64,000 bases of DNA from Bacillota bacterium (lineage in GTDB: Bacteria > Bacillota > Clostridia > Christensenellales > SZUA-584): NCBI GenBank assembly GCA_023460085.1, contig JAEWRI010000044.1, positions 54,877 to 118,876 of the forward strand. The letters run 5' to 3'. Of this stretch, positions 54,660 to 63,374 are shown one piece after another (position 1 is the first letter of the stretch; every line of letters begins with the position of its first letter). Made by a program: the position numbers and the translations under genes. The notes under the pieces were generated by a model. The model made no database searches. It saw only the letters and a program-made list of their open reading frames with translations, and was not told the DNA's origin.

Positions 54660-55439
54660 TTACACGGTGACACGCCAGGCGGAATATTCCCTTTCGAGAC
54701 GGTAGCCGAGCTTTTCCGCAAGCGCAAGAGACGCGCGGTTGACCGCGTCCCAGCCGGGATACAGACCGCGCTCCATGCAGGCCAGTATCAGCCGGGCGGC
54801 GCAGGCCGCCGCCAGCCCCTTGCGCCGGTGCTCCCGCTTCGTGTCGATTTCAATCTCGATGCCGCCGTCGTAAACGGAATAGGAGGACGCACCGCTGACC
54901 GGCTCTCCATCCAGCAGCGCCGCGAAACCCAGCCCGCGCCGCCGGTAATCCCCGAAGTCCGCGAACTGCGAACACCAGTCCTTAGACCACGCTTCCCGGC
55001 GCGAACGCACGAACAGCTCCGCATCGATGGGAACGACGTTGTACTCCGGCGGGATGTCCTCCGCCAGCGTTTTCAGCCGGCCGGTATCAAACCCGTCCGG
55101 CTTGCGCCGCAGCGCAAATCGGGCGTAGCGCACCGCGCGTGTCCCGAACGCCTCTTCCAGGCGGTTCTGCCAGCCCTCATGCTGCGGTACGACATGCAGC
55201 TCCGGCGAGGCATAGCCCTCCGGCACGTGCGCCGCCAGCAGACGCGCGCCCACAAATTCGCTGCCCCCCGCAAGAAAACAGAAATCACCCAGCACGATCT
55301 GCGCGGCGCGCGGACATGTCGCATCGTCCGCCCACGCGCGGCCCATATTCCCTTGCAAACAGGAGCGTATCATCGTGTCGTCCATGCCCTCAAACAGCGG
55401 CGCGATGGAAGACATGCGTTTAACGTCCACCGGCTCCAT
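54660..55439 (-). CDS. GNAT-family N-acetyltransferase
   Basis: 259 aa. C-terminal acetyl-CoA-binding pattern (HRRKGLAAACAARLILACMERG). Follows gcvPB with an 8-nt gap. Confidence 0.75.
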   Translation of the reverse strand: MEPVDVKRMSSIAPLFEGMDDTMIRSCLQGNMGRAWADDATCPRAAQIVLGDFCFLAGGSEFVGARLLAAHVPEGYASPELHVVPQHEGWQNRLEEAFGTRAVRYARFALRRKPDGFDTGRLKTLAEDIPPEYNVVPIDAELFVRSRREAWSKDWCSQFADFGDYRRRGLGFAALLDGEPVSGASSYSVYDGGIEIEIDTKREHRRKGLAAACAARLILACMERGLYPGWDAVNRASLALAEKLGYRLEREYSAWRVTV

Positions 55440-55447
55440 GGCTTTCC

Positions 55448-56902
55448 TTACTGCTCCGGCTTATACCGCAGCTTCATGTCGCGCGCGGCCTTGGCTTCGT
55501 CCAGCCGCGACACGGGCGTGCCGTGCGGCGCTTCGTGCAGCACCTGCGGCGTCTGCTCCGCCTCGCGGGCAATCTGCCGCATCGCATCCACGAATTCGTT
55601 GAGCGTCTCTCGGCTCTCCGTTTCGGTAGGCTCTATCATCAGCGCCTCGCTGACGATCAGCGGGAAGTACACCGTCGGCGGATGCACGCCGAAGTCGATA
55701 AGCCTCTTGGCGACGTCCAGCGTGGACGCACCCTGCTCCTTCTGCCGCTGACCGGAAAACACCACCTCGTGCATACACGCGCGGTCATATGGCAGCGCAT
55801 AGTCGCTCTTCAGCTTCTCCTTCAGATAGTTGGCGTTCAGCACCGCCGCCTCGGACACCTGCCGCAGGCCCTCCGGCCCCATCGTGCGGATGTAGGCGTA
55901 AGCGCGTGCCACCACGCCGAAGTTGCCCCAGAACGACTGTACCCTCCCAATGGACAGCGGCCTGTCGCCGTCCAGCACATAAGCGTCGCCGCGCTTTTCC
56001 ACCACGGGCTTCGGCAGGAACGGCACGAGGCTTTCCTTCACGCCCACCGGGCCCGCGCCCGGGCCGCCGCCGCCGTGGGGCGTGGCAAACGTTTTGTGCA
56101 GGTTGAGGTGCACCACGTCGAAGCCCATATCCCCCGGACGCGTCACGCCGAGTATGGCATTGGCGTTCGCGCCGTCGTAATAGAGCAGCCCGCCCGCGCC
56201 GTGAATGATTTCCGCAATCTTCAGAATGTCTTCCTCAAACAGCCCGAGCGTGTTGGGATTGGTCAGCATCAGCCCCGCGATGTCATCGCTCATCAGCGCT
56301 TGCAGTGCCGCCGTGTCGACGAGGCCGCGCGCGTCGGATTTCACCTCTACCACGTCGAAGCCTGCCGCCGCCGCGGACGCCGGGTTGGTGCCGTGCGCGG
56401 AATCCGGCACGACGATTTTCGTGCGTTTGGCGTCGCCGCGGTGCTCGTGGTACGCCTTGAGGATCATGAGGCCGGTGAGCTCGCCGTGCGCGCCCGCCGC
56501 GGGCTGCAGCGATACGCGCGCCATGCCGGTGATCTCGGACAGCATCGCGTCCATCTCCCAGAGCAGCTGCAGGCTGCCCTGCGACGCCTTCTCCGGCTGG
56601 AGCGGGTGCGCCTGCGCGAACCCCGCAAGCCGCGCCATGTCCTCGTCAATTTTGGGGTTGTACTTCATCGTGCACGAGCCCAGCGGATAGAAGCCCGCGT
56701 CCACGCCGTGGTTGCGCATGGAAAGCTGTGTGAAGTGGCGCACGAGCTCCACCTCGCTCACCTCGGGCAGCGGCGGCGCTTCGCCGCACAGCTCCGCGGG
56801 GATGGCCTCTGCCGCCTTCGGCACATCGCATTCGGGCAGAGAATACGCCGTCCGTCCCGTACGGCTGGTTTCAAAAATAAGCGGCTGGCGTTTTGCAATC
56901 AT
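55448..56902 (-). CDS. gcvPB: Glycine dehydrogenase (decarboxylating), subunit 2
   Basis: PLP region ([21 protein letters not shown]). Start trimmed to the ATG at 56902, which overlaps the gcvPA stop (ATGA). Confidence 0.95.
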   Translation of the reverse strand: MIAKRQPLIFETSRTGRTAYSLPECDVPKAAEAIPAELCGEAPPLPEVSEVELVRHFTQLSMRNHGVDAGFYPLGSCTMKYNPKIDEDMARLAGFAQAHPLQPEKASQGSLQLLWEMDAMLSEITGMARVSLQPAAGAHGELTGLMILKAYHEHRGDAKRTKIVVPDSAHGTNPASAAAAGFDVVEVKSDARGLVDTAALQALMSDDIAGLMLTNPNTLGLFEEDILKIAEIIHGAGGLLYYDGANANAILGVTRPGDMGFDVVHLNLHKTFATPHGGGGPGAGPVGVKESLVPFLPKPVVEKRGDAYVLDGDRPLSIGRVQSFWGNFGVVARAYAYIRTMGPEGLRQVSEAAVLNANYLKEKLKSDYALPYDRACMHEVVFSGQRQKEQGASTLDVAKRLIDFGVHPPTVYFPLIVSEALMIEPTETESRETLNEFVDAMRQIAREAEQTPQVLHEAPHGTPVSRLDEAKAARDMKLRYKPEQ

Positions 56903-58233
56903 TTCGCCACCTCCTGCGCAAGCGCGTCGATTTCGGCCTTGGTGCGCTTCTCCGTCACCGCGACGAGCCACACACCCGAAAGCTCCGGGTAATCCCGGCC
57001 GAGGTCGTACCCGCCGAGTATGCCGCGCTCCAGCAGCTTCGCGTTCAATTCCGCCACATTCCCTTTGTACCCCAGCGCAAACTCGCGGAAGAACGGCGCA
57101 TCGAAGACCGGTTCGAATTTGCCCGTACGCAGCAGTGCTTCGTACGCGTAGCGGGATTTAGAAACACACTGCTCCGCAACCTCTCGCAGGCCCTGCCGCC
57201 CCATCGCCGTGAGGTAGATGGTCGCGGCCAGCGCGCAGAGCGCCTCGTTGGAGCAGATATTGGACGTGGCCTTCTCGCGGCGAATGTGCTGCTCGCGCGC
57301 CTGTATGGTCAGCACGAAGCCGCGCCTGCCTTCCCTGTCCACCGTCTCGCCCACGATGCGGCCGGGCATCTTGCGCAGCCACTTCTCCTTTGCGGCGAAG
57401 TACCCAAGGTACGGCCCGCCGTAGCTCAGCGCATTGCCCAGCGGCTGGCCTTCGCCCACCGCGATGTCCGCGCCCAGTACGCCCGGCGAAGCCAGCAGCC
57501 CCAGCGATATGGGATCGCATGACGCAATGAGCGCCGCCTTGTGCGCGTGCGCCGCTTCGGCAACTGTCTGGATGTCCTCGATTACACCGAAGAAATTGGG
57601 CGACTGCACGATGACGGCGGCGGTATTGTCCGACAGCTTGCTTTCCAGATCGGCCATGTCCACGCGCCCATTCCGATAGGCGATTGTCTTTACTTTAATA
57701 CCGCGGAAGTGCGCGTAGGTGTTCAGCACAGCGCGGCTCTGCGGCGCGGTGCTGTCCGCAACGAGTACCTCGTCGCGTCCGGCGGCGCGGCACGCCATCA
57801 TCGCGGCCTCGGCCAGCGCCGAAGCGCCGTCGTACATGGAGGCGTTGGCGACGTCCATTCCGGTCAGCGTGCAGATCATGGACTGAAACTCGAAAATGGC
57901 CTGCAGCGTCCCCTGGCTGATCTCCGGCTGATAGGGCGTGTAAGCCGTGTAGAACTCCTGCCGCAGCAGCATATGCGAGACCACGCTCGGAATGAAGTGG
58001 TCGTACGCGCCCGCACCGAGAAAGCAGACCGCATCCTCACAGTTCGTGTTGCGCGCCGCCATGCGCTTCATGTGCGACGCAAGCTCCGGCTCGCTCATGG
58101 CAGCGGGTAAATCGAGGGGGCGCTTCAGCCGCACGTCCTCCGGCACCATCGCAAAAAGCGCGTCTGCGCCGTCCATCCCGATCTCGCGCAGCATGTCTGC
58201 CTGCTGCCCGGGCGTATTGGGAATGTACCTCAT
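56899..58233 (-). CDS. gcvPA: Glycine dehydrogenase (decarboxylating), subunit 1
   Basis: 444 aa. [19 protein letters not shown] and [24 protein letters not shown]. Confidence 0.95.
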   Translation of the reverse strand: MRYIPNTPGQQADMLREIGMDGADALFAMVPEDVRLKRPLDLPAAMSEPELASHMKRMAARNTNCEDAVCFLGAGAYDHFIPSVVSHMLLRQEFYTAYTPYQPEISQGTLQAIFEFQSMICTLTGMDVANASMYDGASALAEAAMMACRAAGRDEVLVADSTAPQSRAVLNTYAHFRGIKVKTIAYRNGRVDMADLESKLSDNTAAVIVQSPNFFGVIEDIQTVAEAAHAHKAALIASCDPISLGLLASPGVLGADIAVGEGQPLGNALSYGGPYLGYFAAKEKWLRKMPGRIVGETVDREGRRGFVLTIQAREQHIRREKATSNICSNEALCALAATIYLTAMGRQGLREVAEQCVSKSRYAYEALLRTGKFEPVFDAPFFREFALGYKGNVAELNAKLLERGILGGYDLGRDYPELSGVWLVAVTEKRTKAEIDALAQEVAK

Positions 58234-58613
58234 TCCAGTCCCTCGCAGAACTTGCGATACGCCGCCGCGTCCATCAGCCCTTCCAGCGAAGACGCATCCG
58301 TTACGTCCAGTACGGCCAGCCAGTTCTCGTAGGGCGCGCCGTTGATCTTCTCCGGATGATCGACCAGCGCCTCGTTGACCTCCGCCACCGTGCCCGCAAC
58401 CGCCGTGTATACATCCGACGCCGCCTTGATGGACTCTACGACGCAGAGGATGTCGCCCACTTCCAACTCCGTGCCCACCTCGGGCAGCTCCACATAGACG
58501 ACCTCCCCCAGGTGCTGCTGCGCGTGATCGGTGATACCGATATAAGCTTTGCTTCCCTCCGCCTTAATCCACTCGTGGTCCTCCGTGTACAACAGTCCGT
58601 CGATGATTTCCAT
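58230..58613 (-). CDS. gcvH: Glycine cleavage system protein H
   Basis: 127 aa. Lipoyl-lysine motif VESIKAASDVY. Confidence 0.95.
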   Translation of the reverse strand: MEIIDGLLYTEDHEWIKAEGSKAYIGITDHAQQHLGEVVYVELPEVGTELEVGDILCVVESIKAASDVYTAVAGTVAEVNEALVDHPEKINGAPYENWLAVLDVTDASSLEGLMDAAAYRKFCEGLE

Positions 58614-58668
58614 GATTGTTACCGCGCGGCAAACTGCCGTCCGCCGCTCCCTTTCTTTCGTGTTCTAA

Positions 58669-59772
58669 TTATTTTGAAGTGTTTTTATATTTCTTGGAGT
58701 AAAACGGCAGCGGTACGATACGCGCCTCCACCGGCTTGTCGCGGATAATAATTTCCAGCGTTCCGCCCTCCGCCGCGCTGTCCGCTTCGATGAGCGCGAG
58801 GCCAAGGTTCTTCTTCAACGTGGGCGAAAAGCTGCCCGTCGTCACGAAGCCCACGGGGCGTCCGTCCTTTGCAACCCCATAGTGGCTGCGCGGTATGCCG
58901 CGCCCCACCATCTCGAAACCGACCAGCCTGCGCGCAAGGCCTGCTTCCGCCTGCGTTTTCAGCGCATCCAGACCAATGAAGTCTGCCTTATCCAGCTTCA
59001 CGAAGCGATTAAGGCCCGCCTCGAGCGGCGAAATCTCCGCCGATATTTCCTGCCCGTAGAGCGGCAGCGCCGCCTCGAAGCGCAGTGTGTCGCGCGCGCC
59101 AAGGCCGCACGGCAGCAGACCGTCCGCACTGCCCGCGTCCAGCAGCGCCCGCCACAGCGCCGGGGCGTCCTGTGCGGCGGTGTACAGCTCGAAGCCGTCC
59201 TCGCCGGTATAGCCGCTGCGCGACACCAGCGCGTTCACGCCCGCCACGCGTATATTCGGCACGAAGCGGAAGAAACGAAGGCTCTCCAACGGGTAATCGG
59301 TGAGCCTTTGCAGTATGGCCTGTGCCTTCGGCCCCTGCAACGCCAGCTGCGCCCACCGGTCCGAAACGTTCTCCGCCTCAACCCCTTCCGGAAGGTGCTC
59401 GCGTATCCACGCGTAGTCCTTGTCGGTGTTGGCCGCGTTGACAACCAGCAGAAAATCCTCCGCGCCCAGCCGGCAGACGATCAGGTCGTCCACCACACCG
59501 CCGTCCGGATAGCACATCGGAGAATATACCGCCTGACCGTCCGCCGCTTTGGAGATGTCGTTGGTCACCAGGCGCTGTATGAAGTCCAGCGCGCCGCTGC
59601 CCTTGACAGTCACCTCGCCCATATGCGATACGTCGAACAGCCCCGCCGCGCCGCGCACGGCTTCGTGCTCCTCTATGATGCCTGAATACTGTACCGGCAG
59701 CGCCCAGCCGCCGAAATCGATGATGCGTCCGCCAAGAGCGGTGTGCTGGTCAAAGAGCGGAGTATGTTTCAT
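58669..59772 (-). CDS. gcvT: Aminomethyltransferase (glycine cleavage T protein)
   Basis: 367 aa. MKHTPLFDQHTALGGRIIDFGGWALPVQY and FDVSHMGE. Confidence 0.95.
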   Translation of the reverse strand: MKHTPLFDQHTALGGRIIDFGGWALPVQYSGIIEEHEAVRGAAGLFDVSHMGEVTVKGSGALDFIQRLVTNDISKAADGQAVYSPMCYPDGGVVDDLIVCRLGAEDFLLVVNAANTDKDYAWIREHLPEGVEAENVSDRWAQLALQGPKAQAILQRLTDYPLESLRFFRFVPNIRVAGVNALVSRSGYTGEDGFELYTAAQDAPALWRALLDAGSADGLLPCGLGARDTLRFEAALPLYGQEISAEISPLEAGLNRFVKLDKADFIGLDALKTQAEAGLARRLVGFEMVGRGIPRSHYGVAKDGRPVGFVTTGSFSPTLKKNLGLALIEADSAAEGGTLEIIIRDKPVEARIVPLPFYSKKYKNTSK

Positions 59773-59799
59773 AGGTTACGCCTTTCGTCCCTCGTTAAA

Positions 59800-60005
59800 T
59801 AAAAAACAGAGGGATACAACAAAAAAATTGTCGCATTCCTCTGTATTCTGACCTGAGAGATTCCGGAGTAAACCCGTTGCTCCTTCGGTGCCATATGGCT
59901 TTCCAGAGTGCTGTCGGGATACAGTCCGTTTACCTGAAAGTTTCACCCCGGGTTGACGCCCCTTGGCTTACATCTTCGGTGCTTTGCAGCTCTCCCATAT
60001 CCGTC
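59800..60005 (-). promoter_or_regulatory. Tandem glycine riboswitch with a terminator expression platform
   Basis: The minus strand has aptamer 1 (GGGAGAGctgcaaagCACCGAAG...CTTTCAGGTAAACGGAC) and aptamer 2 (CTCTGGAAAGccatatggCACCGAAGGAGCAAC...TCTCAGGTCAGAATACAGAGG). These are followed by the hairpin ACAGAGGaatgcgacaatttttttgttgtatCCCTCTGT plus TTTTTT (59800-59844). Lies directly upstream of gcvT. Confidence 0.88.
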
Positions 60006-60032
60006 ATTCAGCGTATTCTCTTTTGACGATTC

Positions 60033-60062
60033 ATTATATCGGCATCGCTTTACCCTTGTCAA
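60033..60062 (-). promoter_or_regulatory. SigA-type promoter of the gcv operon (TTGACA-N18-TATAAT)
   Basis: The minus strand reads TTGACAagggtaaagcgatgccgaTATAAT, about 25 nt upstream of the first riboswitch aptamer. Confidence 0.6.
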
Positions 60063-60099
60063 TTGTCTTTTCACGCTTATACGCACCCGCCGCGAAGGC

Positions 60100-60128
60100 T
60101 TGACACACGGTTGCACACTGATGATAAT
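60100..60128 (+). promoter_or_regulatory. SigA-type promoter of the LarA-homologue gene (TTGACA-N17-GATAAT)
   Basis: TTGACAcacggttgcacactgatGATAAT. The GAGGAGG SD sequence is at 60152-60158 and the ATG at 60163. Confidence 0.55.
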
Positions 60129-60162
60129 GAAAAGGAAATTATGCTTGCGATGAGGAGGCCCT

Positions 60163-61434
60163 ATGCGGATTGATATCCCCTACCATCGTGAGAAGCTCAG
60201 CGCGGAACTGCCGGACGAGCGCGTCAAAGCGGTGCTGCGCCCCTCACATCGCGCCGCTCCGGAATATTCTGAACAGGAAACCGTACAGCGCGCGCTTGCT
60301 CATCCCATCGCGTCCCTTCCGCTGTCTGCGTTGGCCCGAAAGAAACGCCATATACTCGTGATCACGAGCGACCATACGCGCCCGATGCCCAGCCGTATCA
60401 CGCTGCCTCTGCTATTGGAGGAGCTCCGGCATGGCAGCCCGGAGGCGGATATCCGTATACTCGTTGCGACGGGACTGCACCGCCCTGCAACAGCGGAGGA
60501 GCTGCGCGCCAAATTCGGCGACGACATCTGCCGCCGAGAGCATATCATCATCCACGATGCCTTCGACGATGCCCAAATGGTTTTCAAGGGTACGCTGCCC
60601 TCCGGCGGCGCGCTGCGCGTCAACGCGCTCGTGGACTGGGCCGATCTTCTGTTGGCGGAGGGCTTCATTGAGCCGCACTTCTTCGCGGGCTTCTCAGGCG
60701 GGCGCAAGAGCGTGCTGCCCGGTATTTGCGCCGCCGAGAGCGTGATGTACAACCACAACGCGGCGTTCATCGCGCATCCCCATGCGCGCGCAGGCATGCT
60801 GGAGGGGAATCCGCTGCATCAGGATATGCTCTTTGCCGCCCGCGCAGCCAGGCTGTCGTTTATACTCAACGTAACGCTTGATGAAAACAAGCGCATCACG
60901 GCTGCGTTCGCCGGAGACATGGAAGCCGCCCACCTTGCTGGCTGCGCCGCCGTACTGCACGATGCCCGCGTAAACGCTGTCAAAGCCGACATTGTACTGA
61001 CCGGCAACGGCGGCTACCCGCTTGATCAGAATATGTATCAGGCGGTGAAATGCATGACGACGGCGGAAAGCTGCCTGAATGAGGGTGGCGTCATCATCGC
61101 GGTATCGGCGTGCAGCGATGGCCACGGCGGCGAAGGCTTCTACAATTGGTTCAGCAAATCGGCTACGCCGTGGGAGATAACGCAAAAAATTGCCGCCATC
61201 CCGCCCGATTACACGCTGCCCGATCAATGGCAGGCACAGGTACTCGCACGGGTGCTGCAAAAATGCCGCGCGGCCATACTCGTCAGCCGCCACATCGATC
61301 CGCAAATCATCCGGGGCATGCACATGCTGCCCGCGCGCAGCATCGATGAAGCGTTCTCGCTGGCGGATACCGTACTGGGGCTGGCACGTCCGGCTGTCAT
61401 TATTCCGGATGGCGTTGGCATTATTCCGGAATAA
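60163..61434 (+). CDS. larA: LarA-family nickel-pincer-cofactor-dependent 2-hydroxyacid racemase/epimerase homologue
   Basis: 423 aa. TSDHTRPMP, VATGLHRP (equivalent to catalytic His108) and HFFAGFSGGRKSVLPG (equivalent to His174 and the cofactor-tethering Lys184 of L. plantarum LarA, from memory). Confidence 0.8.
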   Translation: MRIDIPYHREKLSAELPDERVKAVLRPSHRAAPEYSEQETVQRALAHPIASLPLSALARKKRHILVITSDHTRPMPSRITLPLLLEELRHGSPEADIRILVATGLHRPATAEELRAKFGDDICRREHIIIHDAFDDAQMVFKGTLPSGGALRVNALVDWADLLLAEGFIEPHFFAGFSGGRKSVLPGICAAESVMYNHNAAFIAHPHARAGMLEGNPLHQDMLFAARAARLSFILNVTLDENKRITAAFAGDMEAAHLAGCAAVLHDARVNAVKADIVLTGNGGYPLDQNMYQAVKCMTTAESCLNEGGVIIAVSACSDGHGGEGFYNWFSKSATPWEITQKIAAIPPDYTLPDQWQAQVLARVLQKCRAAILVSRHIDPQIIRGMHMLPARSIDEAFSLADTVLGLARPAVIIPDGVGIIPE

Positions 61435-61524
61435 CCCTCACACGATTTTGCCAAAACCAATATGTCTTTTCTATGCGCCTCCCATTTTCTTTTGATTTAA
61501 TGTCATTAAATTATTACAAAAGTA

Positions 61525-61553
61525 TTGCGATTCTTTGAATTTTTGATTATAAT
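61525..61553 (+). promoter_or_regulatory. SigA-type promoter (TTGCGA-N17-TATAAT) of the NlpC/P60 gene pair
   Basis: TTGCGAttctttgaatttttgatTATAAT, 66 nt upstream of the ATG at 61620. Confidence 0.55.
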
Positions 61554-61619
61554 AGCCTTGCGCAGGTACATTTTGCTCAGGAAACGCTCATTCTGTGGTA
61601 ATCTGAAAAAGGTGGAAGC

Positions 61620-63347
61620 ATGCCGGAACATCGACTAAAAAAGAAAACGATCCCCGCGGTGCTCAGCCGGATCGGCCGATGGCCCGTTCGGGTGGCCGAA
61701 GCCGTAAAGCGAATTCCCAGACTGCTGACCAAACCGCACAGGGGCACAGGCGCTTCAGGTGTCCGTTCCGACGCGGAACATCGATACCGCAGTGCGCCCT
61801 ACGCACAGATATCCGGCCGCACCGGCAGAAAGCGCCGCGCGTTCCGCATCCGGGATAAGCGCCGCATGATCTTGGCCTGCGCCGCGGCGGCAGTCATCGT
61901 TGCCGCCATCGTACTTGCCGCAACACTCAGCGGAAACAAGCCGCAAAGCACCGCAGCCCAAAGCGCAGATGTCTCTTCCCCTTCCGGGGTGAGCACCTCC
62001 GACGCTGCCTCGCAGACGCGGCTGGCCAGCGTAACCGTGGTGATGCCGGTATCCGAGTCCATCCGAATCTCCGAGGGTGTAAGCGCATCCATGGTAACGG
62101 ACGTGCAGGAGCGTCTGATGGATCTCGGCTATATGGACATCGATGAAGCCGACAGCGTCTATGGCGCGCAGACCGCTGAAGCCGTCAACCATTTTAAAGC
62201 ACAGCATGGCCTTCAGGAAGACGGCATCGTCGATGAGCAGACGTATACGCTGCTATTCTCCGAGGATGCTCAGTACTACACACTTTCCCTCGGCGCGGAC
62301 GATACCGATGTGTATGAACTGCAGCAGCGGCTCATCGAACTGGGTTACATGGACAGCGCAACGGGGTACTTTGGCACCGAAACCGAAACCGCGGTTAAAA
62401 AGTTTCAGCATCTCAACGGCCTTTCCGAAGACGGAAAAATAGGACGAAGCACACGAGAGATGCTGTATTCCCCGGACGCAACGGCCAATTTCTACGCTCC
62501 CGGGGAGAAGAGCGACGAAATCCTCACGTATCAGCAGCGGCTGAAGACGCTGGGCTACCTCACAACGACGCCGGATGGCGTGTTCGGAGCGGACACCAAG
62601 GCGGCGGTACAGCGTTTTCAAAATGCCAACGGCCTCATCGCGGACGGCTATATCGGCCCCGCCACCGCGGATATGCTGATGTCGGACAACGCCCAAAGCG
62701 ATGCCATCTGCATCGGCAGCCGCGACCCGCAGGTTACCGTCATACAGCAAAGGCTGAAAGCGCTGGGATATATGAGCCGCGTCACGGGCTACTTCGGTTC
62801 CGACACGGAAACCGCAGTTCGCAGCTTTCAAAAGCGGAACGGCCTCACGCAGGACGGTAAGGTGGGCCCGCGGACGATGAATGCGCTGACCTCCTCCAGC
62901 GCCAAAAAAGCCGCGACGGGCGGCACGGGCGGAGGCACGGGCGGAGGTACAGGCGGCGGCACCGGCGGAGGTTCCACGCCGGTGGTTACGGGAGCGAATG
63001 TGGAGTCTTTTATCGCCGTGGCGGAGTCCAAGCTGGGCTGCGAGTACACGCGCGGCGCGAAGGGCCCGAACGCGTTCGACTGCTCCGGCTTCGTATATTG
63101 GTGCCTCAACCAGGTGGGCGTCCGCCAGGGATACCTGACATCGCACGCGTGGCCCAGCTGCACGAAATATACCAAGATTACCAACATCAACGATCTGCAG
63201 CGCGGCGACATCATCATCTATGAAGGCCACTGCGCCATCGCGCTGGGAGGCGGCCGTCAAATCGACGCTTCGTCGCATTACGATAAGGTGGTATCGCGCA
63301 AGCTCACCACCGGTCTCGATTTTGTCTGCGCGTTTCGCGTATTTTAA
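61620..63347 (+). CDS. Membrane-anchored peptidoglycan hydrolase: four PG_binding_1 repeats plus a C-terminal NlpC/P60 domain
   Basis: 575 aa. Arg-rich N-terminus plus a TM helix (ILACAAAAVIVAAIVLAATL). Four repeats of the type YFGxxTxxAVxxFQxxNGLxxDGxxG. A Gly/Thr linker. The NlpC/P60 catalytic region is GPNAFDCSGFVYWCL..GHCAIAL. Confidence 0.88.
   Translation: MPEHRLKKKTIPAVLSRIGRWPVRVAEAVKRIPRLLTKPHRGTGASGVRSDAEHRYRSAPYAQISGRTGRKRRAFRIRDKRRMILACAAAAVIVAAIVLAATLSGNKPQSTAAQSADVSSPSGVSTSDAASQTRLASVTVVMPVSESIRISEGVSASMVTDVQERLMDLGYMDIDEADSVYGAQTAEAVNHFKAQHGLQEDGIVDEQTYTLLFSEDAQYYTLSLGADDTDVYELQQRLIELGYMDSATGYFGTETETAVKKFQHLNGLSEDGKIGRSTREMLYSPDATANFYAPGEKSDEILTYQQRLKTLGYLTTTPDGVFGADTKAAVQRFQNANGLIADGYIGPATADMLMSDNAQSDAICIGSRDPQVTVIQQRLKALGYMSRVTGYFGSDTETAVRSFQKRNGLTQDGKVGPRTMNALTSSSAKKAATGGTGGGTGGGTGGGTGGGSTPVVTGANVESFIAVAESKLGCEYTRGAKGPNAFDCSGFVYWCLNQVGVRQGYLTSHAWPSCTKYTKITNINDLQRGDIIIYEGHCAIALGGGRQIDASSHYDKVVSRKLTTGLDFVCAFRVF
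62916..62972 (+). repeat. In-frame 12-nt tandem repeat encoding the (TGGG)n linker
   Basis: acgggcggc followed by four imperfect copies of acgggcggaggc, translating to TGGTGGGTGGGTGGGTGGG between the PG-binding repeats and the NlpC/P60 domain. Confidence 0.9.
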
Positions 63348-63374
63348 CTAATTTTTGTAAAGGGAATGTGAGAA

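Noticed and set aside
61554-61619. The 5' leader of the NlpC/P60 gene, considered as a c-di-AMP (ydaO-type) riboswitch, which often precedes such hydrolases.
   Set aside because: Only about 65 nt separate the predicted -10 from the ATG, far too short for that aptamer. None of its conserved motifs were seen.
62916-62972. Short tandem repeat, considered as a possible CRISPR or minisatellite-type element.
   Set aside because: It is in frame inside a well-supported CDS and simply encodes a Gly/Thr linker. There are no spacers. It is kept only as a repeat feature.
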